A DNA stretch of 64,000 nucleotides from an uncultured Alcaligenaceae bacterium (GTDB taxonomy: Bacteria; Planctomycetota; Planctomycetia; Gemmatales; Gemmataceae), in NCBI GenBank assembly GCA_964444365.1, contig CAYUHJ010000009.1, positions 5,880 through 69,879 of the forward strand, in the 5' to 3' direction. The notes under the pieces are model-generated. The model had not been told where the DNA came from. It searched no databases and worked only from the letters and a program-made list of their open reading frames with translations. A program made the translations under genes and the position numbers. Of this stretch, positions 55,138-64,000 are shown in pieces. How positions within the stretch are numbered: the first letter of the stretch is position 1; each line of letters begins with the position of its first letter.

Positions 55138-56136
55138 TCACTTGTCGCTTCGCTCGGAACTGATCTTTTCCCCCTTCTCGGCGAGTTTGATGACCTCGAC
55201 GAGGTCGACGTTCCCCCCCTTCGCGGCTCCTGCTACCAACACGACCTCCGCCGAGGACAGCGGCACGAGGCGGGCCACCATCCGCGGCTTCCGGGCGGTG
55301 CCGACCTTTTCCCACTCCTTGCCGTCCGCCGTCAGCCGGTAGACCGGTCCGCTCGACGTGTGGACCACGACCCGGTCGCCGGCGGCGGCAGCGGCGGGGG
55401 AAAACGCAGGCAGACCGGCGTCCTTCCCGCCGTCGGGCAGGGCGGGTCCGTCGGCCCATTTCCCGGTCGCGACGTCGAGAATGTCCACCCGGGGATCGGT
55501 CCCCTTTTCCGTCAGCCCGCCGAGGACGTAGACCTTCCCGCCGGCCGCGGCCGCGGTCAGCGCCCGCCGCTTGAACGGCTGGGGAATCTCGACCCACTTC
55601 GCGTCCTTCGCCGTCAGGTCCAGTGACAGCGCGGTGTCGTGCCAGCTGCTCTTGCCGTCCTTTCCGCCCATCTGCCAGCCGCCGACCACGACGAGTTTGT
55701 CCCCGACCACGACGACATCGTGAGACGACCGGCCGGCCGGCAACGCGGGGAGTTCCTCCCACTTGCCCGATTTCGGGTCGAACCGGGCCACGTCCGCAAC
55801 CGAGACGCTGTCCGCGGGTTCGCCCGGCGCGTTCCGGGGGGACATGCCGCCGACGCGGTACACCTTCCCGCCGTGGGCGGCAAGGTTCATGCCCTGCAGC
55901 ACCGGACCGCCGGGGAGTTCCTCCCACTTCGTGCCGCCGTCGAGTTTCAGCCGGTGGAAGGTGCCGAGGGTGGACTTGTTGTCGTAGGCGTGGGTCTTCC
56001 CGGAGTGGCCGCCGTAGAGGTACAGGTAGCCGTCGGACACGGCCGCCCCGGCGCTGGCCACGGCCGCCGGGGTCGGGGGGTACTCGGCAGCCGCGGCGGG
56101 GGCAACCAGCAAGCAAGCAGCCAACACGGATCGCAT
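55138..56136 (-). CDS. Secreted Kelch-repeat beta-propeller protein
   Basis: The ATG at 56136 gives MRSVLAACLLVAPAAAA. Repeated units: GYLYLYGG, GGKVYRVGG, GDKLVVVGG, GGKVYVLGG, GDRVVVH. Confidence 0.8.
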   Translation of the reverse strand: MRSVLAACLLVAPAAAAEYPPTPAAVASAGAAVSDGYLYLYGGHSGKTHAYDNKSTLGTFHRLKLDGGTKWEELPGGPVLQGMNLAAHGGKVYRVGGMSPRNAPGEPADSVSVADVARFDPKSGKWEELPALPAGRSSHDVVVVGDKLVVVGGWQMGGKDGKSSWHDTALSLDLTAKDAKWVEIPQPFKRRALTAAAAGGKVYVLGGLTEKGTDPRVDILDVATGKWADGPALPDGGKDAGLPAFSPAAAAAGDRVVVHTSSGPVYRLTADGKEWEKVGTARKPRMVARLVPLSSAEVVLVAGAAKGGNVDLVEVIKLAEKGEKISSERSDK

Positions 56137-56435
56137 GGGAACCTCGGGGGAAACGCGGGTGGCGGAACAGTCCGGGCTCTCAGCCATGCTACGAGCACGT
56201 CGCGTGCGGTTGGACGGAAGCTAGCGACTCCAGCACTTTCTGAGAACGAATCTCAATAAGACACCGTGATGCTATCACCCGACGAGGGGCCGTCAAGTGA
56301 CGAGCTTGCCGGGGCGCGAGGGGGTTCGACGGGGCTTGTGGCTTGTCGCCGTCTTGACATCGGTCCGGCGAAACGGCATAGCGTAGCCGATTTCGTCCGG
56401 TGGGGACGCTCGGGGCAGGGCAGGGGGGGTAGCGA

Positions 56436-57038
56436 ATGTGGAACCGCGTCGGTGTCGGCGGGTGCGTGGCGGCGCTCGGGGTGACCGGGTGCGCCAGCGT
56501 GCCGCCGCAGGAGAACCCGTCCCTGGTTCGCCCGGCGGACCCGTGCTGCGAGAACCCGATCCTCGTCCAGCCGGGCACGCCCACGCCGGACGGCTACCGC
56601 GAGGTGTACGAACGCGTCCTGGACGCGCTCGACGACTATTTCACCGTCAAGCCGGCCTCGCGGTACGACGGGCAGATCGAGACGCTGCCGCGGATCGCGC
56701 CGGGGTACGAACAGCCGTGGAAGCCGGGCTCGCCGGACGCCCACGAGCGGTGGCTCGCGACGCTGCAAACGATCCGGCACTACGCGATCGTCCAGATTCG
56801 GGCCGGGGAGCGCGGGGGGTATCGCGTCTTCGTCGAGGTCCACAAGGAACTGGAAGACCTGGCCCAGCCGAGCGCGGCCCGCGGCGGGTCGGCCGTCTTC
56901 CGCGACAACCCGACCGTGGACCGGCAGGTCGACCTCGTCGGCACCCCGGCGGCCAGCAAGACGTGGATCCCCGTCGGCCGCGACCCGGCGATGGAGCAGG
57001 CGATTCTCAACAAGATTCAGCGGTCGTTCTGCCGCTAA
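56436..57038 (+). CDS. Lipoprotein of unknown function
   Basis: MWNRVGVGGCVAALGVTGCASVPP contains the lipobox LGVTGC. Third positions are GC-rich. Confidence 0.6.
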   Translation: MWNRVGVGGCVAALGVTGCASVPPQENPSLVRPADPCCENPILVQPGTPTPDGYREVYERVLDALDDYFTVKPASRYDGQIETLPRIAPGYEQPWKPGSPDAHERWLATLQTIRHYAIVQIRAGERGGYRVFVEVHKELEDLAQPSAARGGSAVFRDNPTVDRQVDLVGTPAASKTWIPVGRDPAMEQAILNKIQRSFCR

Positions 57039-57046
57039 TGGGTCCG

Positions 57047-57104
57047 TGTTTCAGGTTTCCCAAATTTCAGGATTGATGCAACCTGAAACTTGGGAAACCT
57101 GAAA
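57047..57104. terminator. Low-GC 24-bp-arm hairpin between convergent genes (bidirectional terminator candidate or repeat element)
   Basis: gtttcaggtttcccaaatttcagg (57047-57070), loop attgatgcaa, cctgaaacttgggaaacctgaaac (57081-57104). The arms have one mismatch. It sits between the stops at 57038 (+) and 57109 (-). Confidence 0.6.
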
Positions 57105-57108
57105 CTCT

Positions 57109-57864
57109 TTACTCCGTCGGCGGCGTCTTGGGCAGCTTCACGGTGAACGTCGAGCCTTTCCCGACGACGCTTTCCACGCGAATCCGGCCGTGGTGCTGCT
57201 CGATGATCTGTCGGCAGACGCTCAGCCCGAGCCCGGTCCCGCCGCGGCCGTACTCGTCGGGCTGCTTGGTCGTGAAGAACGGCTCGAAGATTTGTCGCAA
57301 GTTTTCCGGGGCGATGCCGACCCCGCTGTCCGCGATCCGGACCTCGACCATGTCCCCGTCGGCACTGTCCTTCACTTCCACCTTGAGCCGGCCGCCGGTC
57401 GGCATCGACTGCCGGGCGTTGAGGACGAGGTTGACCAGGATCTGCTCGATCTGCCCGGCCACGACGTAGGCGATCGGCCGGCCGTGGAACCGCTTCTCGA
57501 CGTGGACGCGGTGCTTGCTCAGCTCCTTTTCGGTGAGCAGCAGCGCTTCTTCGACCAGGTGAACGATGTCCGTCGGCTCGCGGGTGGCGGTGCCGTTCCG
57601 GGCGAACCCGAGCATGCTGTTGACGATCGCCGCCGCCCGCTGGCCGCCGCGGTGGATCTTTTCGAACGCCTGGGCCTGGGTCGCGGGGTTGGTGCTCCGC
57701 ATGCCCATCTTGGAGTAGTTGATGATGGTGGTGAGGATGTTGTTGAACTCGTGGGCGACGCTGGACGCCAGTTCCCCGACGCTGCTGAGCCGTTGCGCCT
57801 GAAGCAGCTGCTGGCGGAGCGTCTCGAGCTCGTTCGTCGGCAGCAGCACCTCTTGGCCGGTCAT
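57109..57864 (-). CDS. Cytoplasmic histidine kinase core (HisKA plus HATPase_c, no sensor domain)
   Basis: The ATG at 57864 is the chosen start. H-box: LASSVAHEFNNILTTI. N box: NLVLNARQSM. G boxes: DSGVGIAP and GTGLGLSVCRQIIEQHHG. Confidence 0.85.
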   Translation of the reverse strand: MTGQEVLLPTNELETLRQQLLQAQRLSSVGELASSVAHEFNNILTTIINYSKMGMRSTNPATQAQAFEKIHRGGQRAAAIVNSMLGFARNGTATREPTDIVHLVEEALLLTEKELSKHRVHVEKRFHGRPIAYVVAGQIEQILVNLVLNARQSMPTGGRLKVEVKDSADGDMVEVRIADSGVGIAPENLRQIFEPFFTTKQPDEYGRGGTGLGLSVCRQIIEQHHGRIRVESVVGKGSTFTVKLPKTPPTE

Positions 57865-57973
57865 GGACGCCTCCGTTCGACGTGACACCTCGTTCCGAGA
57901 AGTGGTATCGGTCGCGCCGGTCGAACCACTTCATCGGAACCGGTCAAGACGAATCGCGGAAGATGTCCTCAAG

Positions 57974-58654
57974 TCAGGCTTCGGAGCGCACCTTCGGGTG
58001 CCCGATTCCCGTGGGTTCCCCGTTCGACAGGTCCGCCACCGGCGGGGGCACCCGGAGCAGCGACGCCGCCCGCCAGCAGCCCTCGTGCGGCACCAGTTCC
58101 GTCACCGACAGGTTCGCCACCCGCCCGAGCTTCACCCACCCGGTCGCGTCCCAGCCGGGCAGCAGCGACAGCAGCAGGACCTTGCACACGACCCCGTGCG
58201 CGACGACCAGCACGTCCCCGCCGGGGTGCGCGGCGACCAGGTTCCCCCACGCCGCCAGAACCCGCGCCTTGACCTCGTCGAACGACTCCGCCCCCGGCGT
58301 CGTGTACGCCGTGTCCCCCGCGGACCACCGGGCTACCGTCTCCGCCCACGGCCCCTCGGTCATGGAGAATTCGACGCCGCACAAGGCCCCGACCTTCCGC
58401 TCGTGCAGTCCGAACTCGACGGCGTGGGGAACCCCGCACGCCCGGGCGGTGGGGGCCGCGGTGGCGACCGCCCGCGCCATGCCCGACGACACGACCGCCG
58501 TCAGCGACTTGCCCCGGAACCACTCGGCCGCCGCGTCCGCCTGCCGCCGGCCGAGATCGCTCAGCCCGACGTCGGACTCGTACCCGTGGAACAGCATCGG
58601 CGTCGCGGTCTCGGCGTGTCGGGTCAGCCAGACGCGGGCGGGGCAGGGGGGCAT
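57974..58654 (-). CDS. Histidine phosphatase (phosphoglycerate-mutase-like) family protein
   Basis: VWLTRHAETA (RHG-type motif) ...LSDLGRRQA...VVAHGVV. Confidence 0.75.
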   Translation of the reverse strand: MPPCPARVWLTRHAETATPMLFHGYESDVGLSDLGRRQADAAAEWFRGKSLTAVVSSGMARAVATAAPTARACGVPHAVEFGLHERKVGALCGVEFSMTEGPWAETVARWSAGDTAYTTPGAESFDEVKARVLAAWGNLVAAHPGGDVLVVAHGVVCKVLLLSLLPGWDATGWVKLGRVANLSVTELVPHEGCWRAASLLRVPPPVADLSNGEPTGIGHPKVRSEA

Positions 58655-58759
58655 GCGTGTCTCCGTCTGTAACGACCGGGCCGGGTCCGAACTTGGAACC
58701 CGCCGACTTCCGGGTTACCATCGGAGGTGGTCGGTGGTTCTTCAACCGGAGGGGGCGGG

Positions 58760-60373
58760 ATGACGGGGTCCGCACTCGCACTGTTGCTCGCCCTTTCGCC
58801 CGGCACCCCGCCGTTCAAGGATCCGCCGCCGAAACCGTTCCCGACGCTCCCCGAACCCGCCGACGAAGCCACCGAGCGCGACGCGTGGCTGTACGCCGAG
58901 GTCGTGCTGCAACTCGCCGAGCGGATCGCGGCGGAGTACGTGTCCCCGGTCAAGGTGGAAGACCTGCTGGTCGCGGCGGCCGAGGAAACCTGGGCCGCCG
59001 CCGGGCTCGAACTGCCGAAGCACATCCGCACCCGGCTGGCGAACGCGATCGGCCCCGACCAGCAGATGAAGGCGCTGCACCTCGCGCGAACCGCACTCGG
59101 GAAAGTCGACGCCCTCGAAGGCACCCGGGCCACCGTCGTCGCGGTCAGCGGGTTCGCCCGGAAGACCGACCCGTACTGCGGACTCTACGCCGCGCGGGGA
59201 AACTCGTTCGCGTCCTCGGACGCCGAGTTCGGCCTCGGGTTCGAGTTAGAAGGGGCGACCGGCCAGCCGTGGCTGGCGTACCAGCTCGAACTACACCAGA
59301 TCATCGGCAAGCGCGCCCCGCCGTCGTTCTGTCCGGTGCAGGTCCCGTGGGTGGTGAAGCGGGTCGTCCCCGGCGGCCCGGCCGCGCGGGCAGGACTCCG
59401 CCCGGGAGACGTCGTCACCCACCTCAACGGCGACGCCGTCACCGCGAAATCCTCGCCCGCGCTGTTCCGCCGACTGGTGTCCTTCGTCCAGCCGGACGTC
59501 CGCGAGCCGGGCACCGCGATCGACGCCGGGAAGCCAGTGGAACTCCGCGCGAACAGGGCAGGGGGGGTGAAGCCGATCGAAGCCCGGGTCGTCCGCGACG
59601 CCTACCAGCCGGACACCATCTTCGGGGTCATCCGCCGCAAGGACGGGTCGTGGGACTACCTCCTCGACCCGGCCGCCAAGATCGGCTACGTCCGCGTCGG
59701 GGCGGTCGAGAGCGGCACGGCCGCGGCCTTTCAGGACGCGCTCAAGGAGATCGTCAAGCATGGCGGGAAAGGGCTCGTCCTCGACCTGCGGTGGTGCCCC
59801 GGCGGGTACGTCGACCCCACGGTCCGCATCGCGGGGACGCTGCTGCCGCCGGACAAGACCGTCGTCGCGATGCAGTACCGCCATCCGGAACGGCAAGGGC
59901 AGCGGGACTACAAGTCCGAGCCCGCCGAGGGCCGGGAGGACTTCATCGCCCTGCCGCTCGTCGTGCTCGTCGGCCCCGAGACGACCGGCGGCGGCGAGAT
60001 GATCGCGGCCGCTCTTCAGGACCACGGCCGGGGGCTGATCGTCGGCCAGCGGACGTTCGGAAAGGCGAACATCATGACCCCGATCACGACCCGGTTTCCC
60101 GGCCTGTCGTACAAGGTGTCGACCGGTTATTCCCTCCGGCCGAACGGCAAAAACCGCCACCGCTTCCCCGACAGCAAACGGACCGACGACTGGGGCGTGC
60201 GGCCCGACCCCGGCTACGAAATCCCCGTCACCCCGGACCTGATGGCCCGCCTCCGCGAGTCGGCCGAACGGCAGGCCATGCGGCCCCCCGAGGACCGCGA
60301 CGCCGTCGAGTACGACGACCCGCTCGCCGACCCGATCCGACTCGTCGCGGTGAAGTTCCTGAAAAAGAAGTAG
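58760..60373 (+). CDS. S41 family C-terminal processing peptidase with a PDZ-like domain
   Basis: The ATG at 58760 gives MTGSALALLLALSPG. PDZ-like: VKRVVPGGPAARAGLRPGDVVTHLNG. S41 core: LVLDLRWCPGGYV...VLVGPETTGGGEMIAAALQDHGRGLIVGQRTFGK. Confidence 0.8.
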   Translation: MTGSALALLLALSPGTPPFKDPPPKPFPTLPEPADEATERDAWLYAEVVLQLAERIAAEYVSPVKVEDLLVAAAEETWAAAGLELPKHIRTRLANAIGPDQQMKALHLARTALGKVDALEGTRATVVAVSGFARKTDPYCGLYAARGNSFASSDAEFGLGFELEGATGQPWLAYQLELHQIIGKRAPPSFCPVQVPWVVKRVVPGGPAARAGLRPGDVVTHLNGDAVTAKSSPALFRRLVSFVQPDVREPGTAIDAGKPVELRANRAGGVKPIEARVVRDAYQPDTIFGVIRRKDGSWDYLLDPAAKIGYVRVGAVESGTAAAFQDALKEIVKHGGKGLVLDLRWCPGGYVDPTVRIAGTLLPPDKTVVAMQYRHPERQGQRDYKSEPAEGREDFIALPLVVLVGPETTGGGEMIAAALQDHGRGLIVGQRTFGKANIMTPITTRFPGLSYKVSTGYSLRPNGKNRHRFPDSKRTDDWGVRPDPGYEIPVTPDLMARLRESAERQAMRPPEDRDAVEYDDPLADPIRLVAVKFLKKK

Positions 60374-60467
60374 GGTGGGTCGAGCCGGCTTTGCGGCGAA
60401 GACCCACCGGGGTGGCAAGCACTCGTTGCCGTTTCGGTGGGTCTTCGCGAAGCGCTCGACCCACCCT
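60372..60467. repeat. Long compound hairpin directly after the S41 peptidase stop
   Basis: Outer stem 60373-60385 (gggtgggtcgagc) pairs with 60454-60466 (gctcgacccaccc). Inner stem 60396-60409 (gcgaagacccaccg) pairs with 60435-60448 (cggtgggtcttcgc). A small apical ggcaa/ttgcc stem is also present. Confidence 0.8.
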
Positions 60468-60575
60468 CCGCCATGCCCGTCTGGGCCCTGGCAGTTCTGT
60501 CGCCTTTTCGCAACAATACTCCCGTCTCATGTGCCTTCCCCAGGAGCCTTTCCCGTGACGCACTCGCACCCGCCG

Positions 60576-61424
60576 ATGGACCGCCGCCGCTTCCTGCACA
60601 CGTCGGCCGCCCTCGCCGCCACCGCAGCCGTGACCCGAACCGCGCCCGCCGCGGACGACCCGTTCGGCGGCTTCATCGTCGGCGTCCAGTCGTACAGTTT
60701 CCGCAAGTTCACGCTGGAACAGGCACTCAAGCGGACGCAGGATCTCGGCCTGAAGTACGCCGAGTTCTACCGCGGCCACATCCCGACCGACAGTTCCCCG
60801 GAGAAGCTGAACGTCGCGAAGAAACTGTGCGCCGAATACGGCGTCACCCCGATCGCCTTCGGCGTCGAACGTTTCTCCAAGAACACGGACGCGAACAAGA
60901 AACTCTTCGACTTCGCCGCCGCCCTCGGCGTCAAGCACATCAGCGCCGACCCCGACCCGGACAGTTTTGACAGCCTGGACAAACTCGTTTCCGAGTACAA
61001 GATCACGATCGCGATCCACCCGCACGGCCCGGTGGGGAAGGGGATGCACCGCTGGCCGTCGGCGGAAGCCATCATGAAGGCCGTCGAAAAGCACGACGAA
61101 CGCATCGGCACCTGCCTCGACACCGGCCACCTGATCCGCTCCGCCCAGCTCGGCGAGAAGCTCGACCCCGTCGAGCAGATCAAGGTGATGGGCAAGCGCA
61201 ACTTCGGCCTGCACTTGAAGGACCACGACAACAAGCGAAAGACCGACGTCCCCTTCGGCGACCCGACCGGCGTCCTCGACGTGGCCGGCGTGCTGAAGGC
61301 ACTGAAGGACGTGAAGTTCACGGGGTACATTGCGCTGGAGTACGAAGCGAACGAGTCGAACCCGTCCCCGGATCTGGAAAAGTGCGTGGCGTTCTTCAAG
61401 GAGTCGGTGAAGAAGGTGGGGTAA
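60576..61424 (+). CDS. Xylose-isomerase-like TIM-barrel protein (sugar phosphate isomerase/epimerase family) with a twin-arginine signal
   Basis: The ATG at 60576 gives MDRRRFLHTSAALAATAAVT...VQSYSFRKFTLEQALKRTQDLGLKYAEF...IAIHPHG...CLDTGH...LHLKD...IALEYE. Confidence 0.8.
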   Translation: MDRRRFLHTSAALAATAAVTRTAPAADDPFGGFIVGVQSYSFRKFTLEQALKRTQDLGLKYAEFYRGHIPTDSSPEKLNVAKKLCAEYGVTPIAFGVERFSKNTDANKKLFDFAAALGVKHISADPDPDSFDSLDKLVSEYKITIAIHPHGPVGKGMHRWPSAEAIMKAVEKHDERIGTCLDTGHLIRSAQLGEKLDPVEQIKVMGKRNFGLHLKDHDNKRKTDVPFGDPTGVLDVAGVLKALKDVKFTGYIALEYEANESNPSPDLEKCVAFFKESVKKVG

Positions 61425-61599
61425 GCGCCGCTGTTCAGCCGCGAGGGGGCACGAGTCCCATTTCCATCCGCACGTTCCGGCCGTCGGACCCGTCCCCGCT
61501 CGGCTTCGCCTCGCGGCTAACCGCCGCGAGACACTCCTTCTATACTGTCCGAACGACCCGAACTCCTCCCCTGTCCGTGGCCGCGGCAAGGTGCCCCCG

Positions 61600-62529
61600 A
61601 TGACGGCTGATGAAATCGCCGAACACCGACGGAAGCGCTACAACGGCACCGTCGTGTACCTCAAGAAAATCCACTCGGACCTGATGGTCTTCCGGGTCAA
61701 ACCGGACTTCCCCCGGCCGCAGCACCTGCCCGGCCAGTACTGCGCCCTCGGCCTCGGAAACTGGGAGCCTCGGGTCGAGGGGTGCCAGCACGAGGACTTG
61801 AAGCCGGAGGATTTGACGAAAGTCGTCCGCCGGTCGTACTCGATCAGCAACTCGATTTACTCCGAACCGGGCGTCCTCCGGGATTTGACGAAGGACGACT
61901 TCGTCGAGTTCTACGTGGTCCTCGTCCGCGAAAACCCGGACGGCCGGGTGCCGGCCCTCACGCCGCGGCTCTTCGCGATGAAGGAAGGGGACCGGCTCAG
62001 CATCGGCGAAAAATTCGTCGGCCACTTCACCGCGGAGCACGTCAAGCCGGGCGACACCGTCCTGTTCCTCGGCACCGGCACCGGCGAGGCCCCGCACAAC
62101 TACATGCTCTGGGACCTGCTCCGGAAGAAGCACACCGGCCGGATTCTGTCCGCGTGCTGCGTCCGCTACAAGAAAGACCTCGGCTACCTCGACACGCACA
62201 AGCAGTTGATGAAGCAGTTCCCGAACTACGTCTACGTCCCGCTGACGACCCGCGAGCCGGGCCTCTCGAAAAAGGTCTACGTTCAAGACCTGTTCCAGGA
62301 CGGCGAGATCGAAGACTACCTCGGCGAAAAACTCGACCCGGCGAAGACGCACGTCTTCCTGTGCGGCAACCCGAAGATGATCGGCGTGCCGACCAAGGAC
62401 AAGGAGACCGGGGCGCGGGTCTACCCCGAACCGCTCGGCGTGATCGAGATCCTGGAACGCCGCGGGTTCGTGACGGACAACGCCGCGGCGAAGGTGAAGG
62501 GGAACGTCCACTTCGAAGAGTACTGGTAA
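61600..62529 (+). CDS. Ferredoxin-NADP(+) reductase
   Basis: GQYCALGL, RSYSISNS (RxYS FAD motif), FLGTGTGEAP (NADP site), VFLCGNPKM, C-terminal EEYW. The start is the ATG at 61600 or the GTG at 61591. Confidence 0.85.
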   Translation: MTADEIAEHRRKRYNGTVVYLKKIHSDLMVFRVKPDFPRPQHLPGQYCALGLGNWEPRVEGCQHEDLKPEDLTKVVRRSYSISNSIYSEPGVLRDLTKDDFVEFYVVLVRENPDGRVPALTPRLFAMKEGDRLSIGEKFVGHFTAEHVKPGDTVLFLGTGTGEAPHNYMLWDLLRKKHTGRILSACCVRYKKDLGYLDTHKQLMKQFPNYVYVPLTTREPGLSKKVYVQDLFQDGEIEDYLGEKLDPAKTHVFLCGNPKMIGVPTKDKETGARVYPEPLGVIEILERRGFVTDNAAAKVKGNVHFEEYW

Positions 62530-62555
62530 CGGCCGCCGGCAGGGAAGGGGGGGCG

Positions 62556-63446
62556 ATGCCCGAGATCAACGAAATCATCGGCGGCTACAAGCTGCGGACG
62601 CTGATCCACCAGGCCCAGTACACGAAGGTGTACGAGGTGGTGGAGCCGCGCAGCAACCGCCACTTCGCGATGAAGCTGATCGACATCCCGTCCGACCACA
62701 AGGAGTTCGAGCCGCAGAAGCAGATGCTGCTGAACGAGGCGGAGATCGGGAAGAAGATGAAGCACGACAACGTCGTGAACATCTCCGCGGTCGGCAAGAC
62801 GAGCAAGATCCCTTACTTTGTGATGGAGTACTTCCCGGCCGGCAGCATCCGGGTCCGGCTCATGTCCAAGGAGCCGAAGGAGAAGCAGTTCCTGATCGAC
62901 AAGGGGAAGGACATCTTCCGGCAGGTCGCGACGGGGCTCGCGTACATGAACGCGAGCGGGTACGTTCACTGCGACATCAAGCCGGACAACATTTTGGTCA
63001 ACTCGCTGGGGCAGGCGAAGATCATCGACTTCGCGATCTCGAAGCCGATCAAGAAGGGGTTCCTGGCCAAGCTCTTCCACCGGGCGGGCAAGCCGCAGGG
63101 GACCCCGAGCTACATGTCCCCGGAGCAGATCAACGACGAACTCCTCGACGGCCGGGCGGACGTCTACTGCTACGGGGCGATGCTGTACGAGATCGTGTGC
63201 GGCCGGCCGCCGTTCCGCGGGGCGAACACGAACGAACTGCTGAAGAAGCACCTCGTCGAGAAGCCGCCGCCGCCGCAGTCGTGGAACCCGGAGCTGACGG
63301 ACGACTTCTCGAACTACGTGTTGAAGTTGCTGGCCAAGAAGAAGGACGAGCGGCCGCGGAACTTCCACGAGATTCTCATGGCGTTGAAAGACTTGCGGGT
63401 CTACAAGGTGACCGGCGGGAAAGGGAAGGCCCCCGCGGCGGGGTAG
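62556..63446 (+). CDS. Stand-alone Ser/Thr protein kinase catalytic domain
   Basis: The ATG at 62556 gives MPEINEIIGGYKLRTLIHQAQYTKVYEV...AMKLI...HCDIKPDNILV...DFAIS...GTPSYMSPE. The rest of ORF 61782..63446 is an upstream artefact. Confidence 0.85.
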   Translation: MPEINEIIGGYKLRTLIHQAQYTKVYEVVEPRSNRHFAMKLIDIPSDHKEFEPQKQMLLNEAEIGKKMKHDNVVNISAVGKTSKIPYFVMEYFPAGSIRVRLMSKEPKEKQFLIDKGKDIFRQVATGLAYMNASGYVHCDIKPDNILVNSLGQAKIIDFAISKPIKKGFLAKLFHRAGKPQGTPSYMSPEQINDELLDGRADVYCYGAMLYEIVCGRPPFRGANTNELLKKHLVEKPPPPQSWNPELTDDFSNYVLKLLAKKKDERPRNFHEILMALKDLRVYKVTGGKGKAPAAG

Positions 63447-63464
63447 GGAACAGGGAACGCACGC

Positions 63465-64000
63465 ATGTCGACGATCGCACCGTTGGCGTTTGAACAAGAC
63501 ATCCACGAGCTGGAACTGGCCCTCGCGAAGCTGGAGTCGGCCGACGACGCGGCCGCGCAGGCCGAGGAGGTCCGGCGGGTTCGCAAGGAACTCGCCGCGA
63601 TGCGGAAGGCGCGGTACGCCAACCTCACCGCGTGGGACACGATCCTCGTCTCCCGCCACAAGCAGCGGCCGCAGTTTTTGGATTACGTCGACCTGGCCTT
63701 CGACGAGTTCGTCGAGCTTCACGGCGACCGTGCCTTCGGCGACGACCGCGCGATCCGCACGGGTTTTGCCCGAATTGGCGATTACAAGGTCATGCTGATC
63801 GGCCACCACAAAGGAAGGACCACCGCGGAGCGGGTGCAGTGCTTTTACGGCTGCGCCCACCCGGAGGGGTACCGCAAGGCGCTCGGGAAGATGCAACTGG
63901 CGGCGAAGTACGGGTTGCCGGTCGTCTGCCTGATCGACACGCCCGGCGCGTACCCCGGCATCGGGGCCGAGGAACGGGGTCAGTCGCAGTTGATCGCGAC
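63465..64000 (+). CDS. accA: Acetyl-CoA carboxylase carboxyltransferase alpha subunit, N-terminal part; the 3' end lies outside the window
   Basis: The ATG at 63465 opens a frame that stays open to the window end. It was absent from the track because no stop is reached. Motifs: ...LTAWDTILVSRHKQRPQFLDY...LHGDRAFGDD.AI..GFARIG...HPEGYRKALGKMQLAAKYGLPVVCLIDTPGAYPGIGAEERGQSQ. Confidence 0.9.
   Translation, partial: MSTIAPLAFEQDIHELELALAKLESADDAAAQAEEVRRVRKELAAMRKARYANLTAWDTILVSRHKQRPQFLDYVDLAFDEFVELHGDRAFGDDRAIRTGFARIGDYKVMLIGHHKGRTTAERVQCFYGCAHPEGYRKALGKMQLAAKYGLPVVCLIDTPGAYPGIGAEERGQSQLIA

Noticed and set aside
56354-56382. TTGACA-N17-CATAGC as a sigma70-like promoter in the Kelch/lipoprotein divergent spacer.
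   Set aside because: The -10 hexamer matches TATAAT at only three positions, and planctomycete promoter consensus is uncertain.
60489-60504. Weaker sigma54-like motif, TGGCAGTTCTGTCGCC, upstream of the TIM-barrel gene.
   Set aside because: The GG-N10-GC spacing is correct, but the -12 box is TCGC and there are several other mismatches. That is not strong enough to call without a matrix score.

Overview
By eye this window is about two-thirds G+C. It is a densely coded bacterial chromosomal segment whose gene content points to Planctomycetota (Gemmataceae-like). It holds three sets of PSCyt/DUF1549/DUF1553 plus DUF1501 genes, two ECF-sigma/Ser-Thr-kinase pairs, an FG-GAP/IPT secreted protein, Uma2 nucleases and Kelch/WD40/HEAT proteins. 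I support about 56 CDS (two truncated by the window edges), one frameshifted small ORF, two sigma54-type promoters and several structured intergenic repeats. I saw no rRNA, tRNA, CRISPR array, transposase or integrase. All product calls come from reading the translated ORFs and recognising motifs from memory; no database was searched.

Most interesting observations:
1. A PAS histidine kinase (13840-16227) whose N-terminal membrane block matches the Cu(I)/ethylene-binding domain of plant ETR1 landmark for landmark. It sits in a phosphorelay locus with a divergent NtrC-type activator.
2. Two near-consensus sigma54 -24/-12 promoters (11741-11756 and 16311-16326) bracketing that locus.
3. A tightly coupled cassette of degenerate sigma, XRE-HTH and ImmA/IrrE protease (4605-6197).
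4. A roughly 50% GC islet that splits a normally adjacent DUF1553/DUF1501 pair (32402-33205).
5. Unusual fusions: DAG-kinase-PAP2 coupled to a PTP-like/cytochrome c' protein, an AI-2E permease fused to a cobalamin-binding module, and an ECF sigma fused to a TM helix and LTxxQ repeats.
6. Low-GC palindromic repeat elements, including arrays of CACAAAG heptamers.

Many very long Arg/Pro/Gly-rich ORFs in the supplied track are off-frame or antisense shadows of real genes, and I rejected them.
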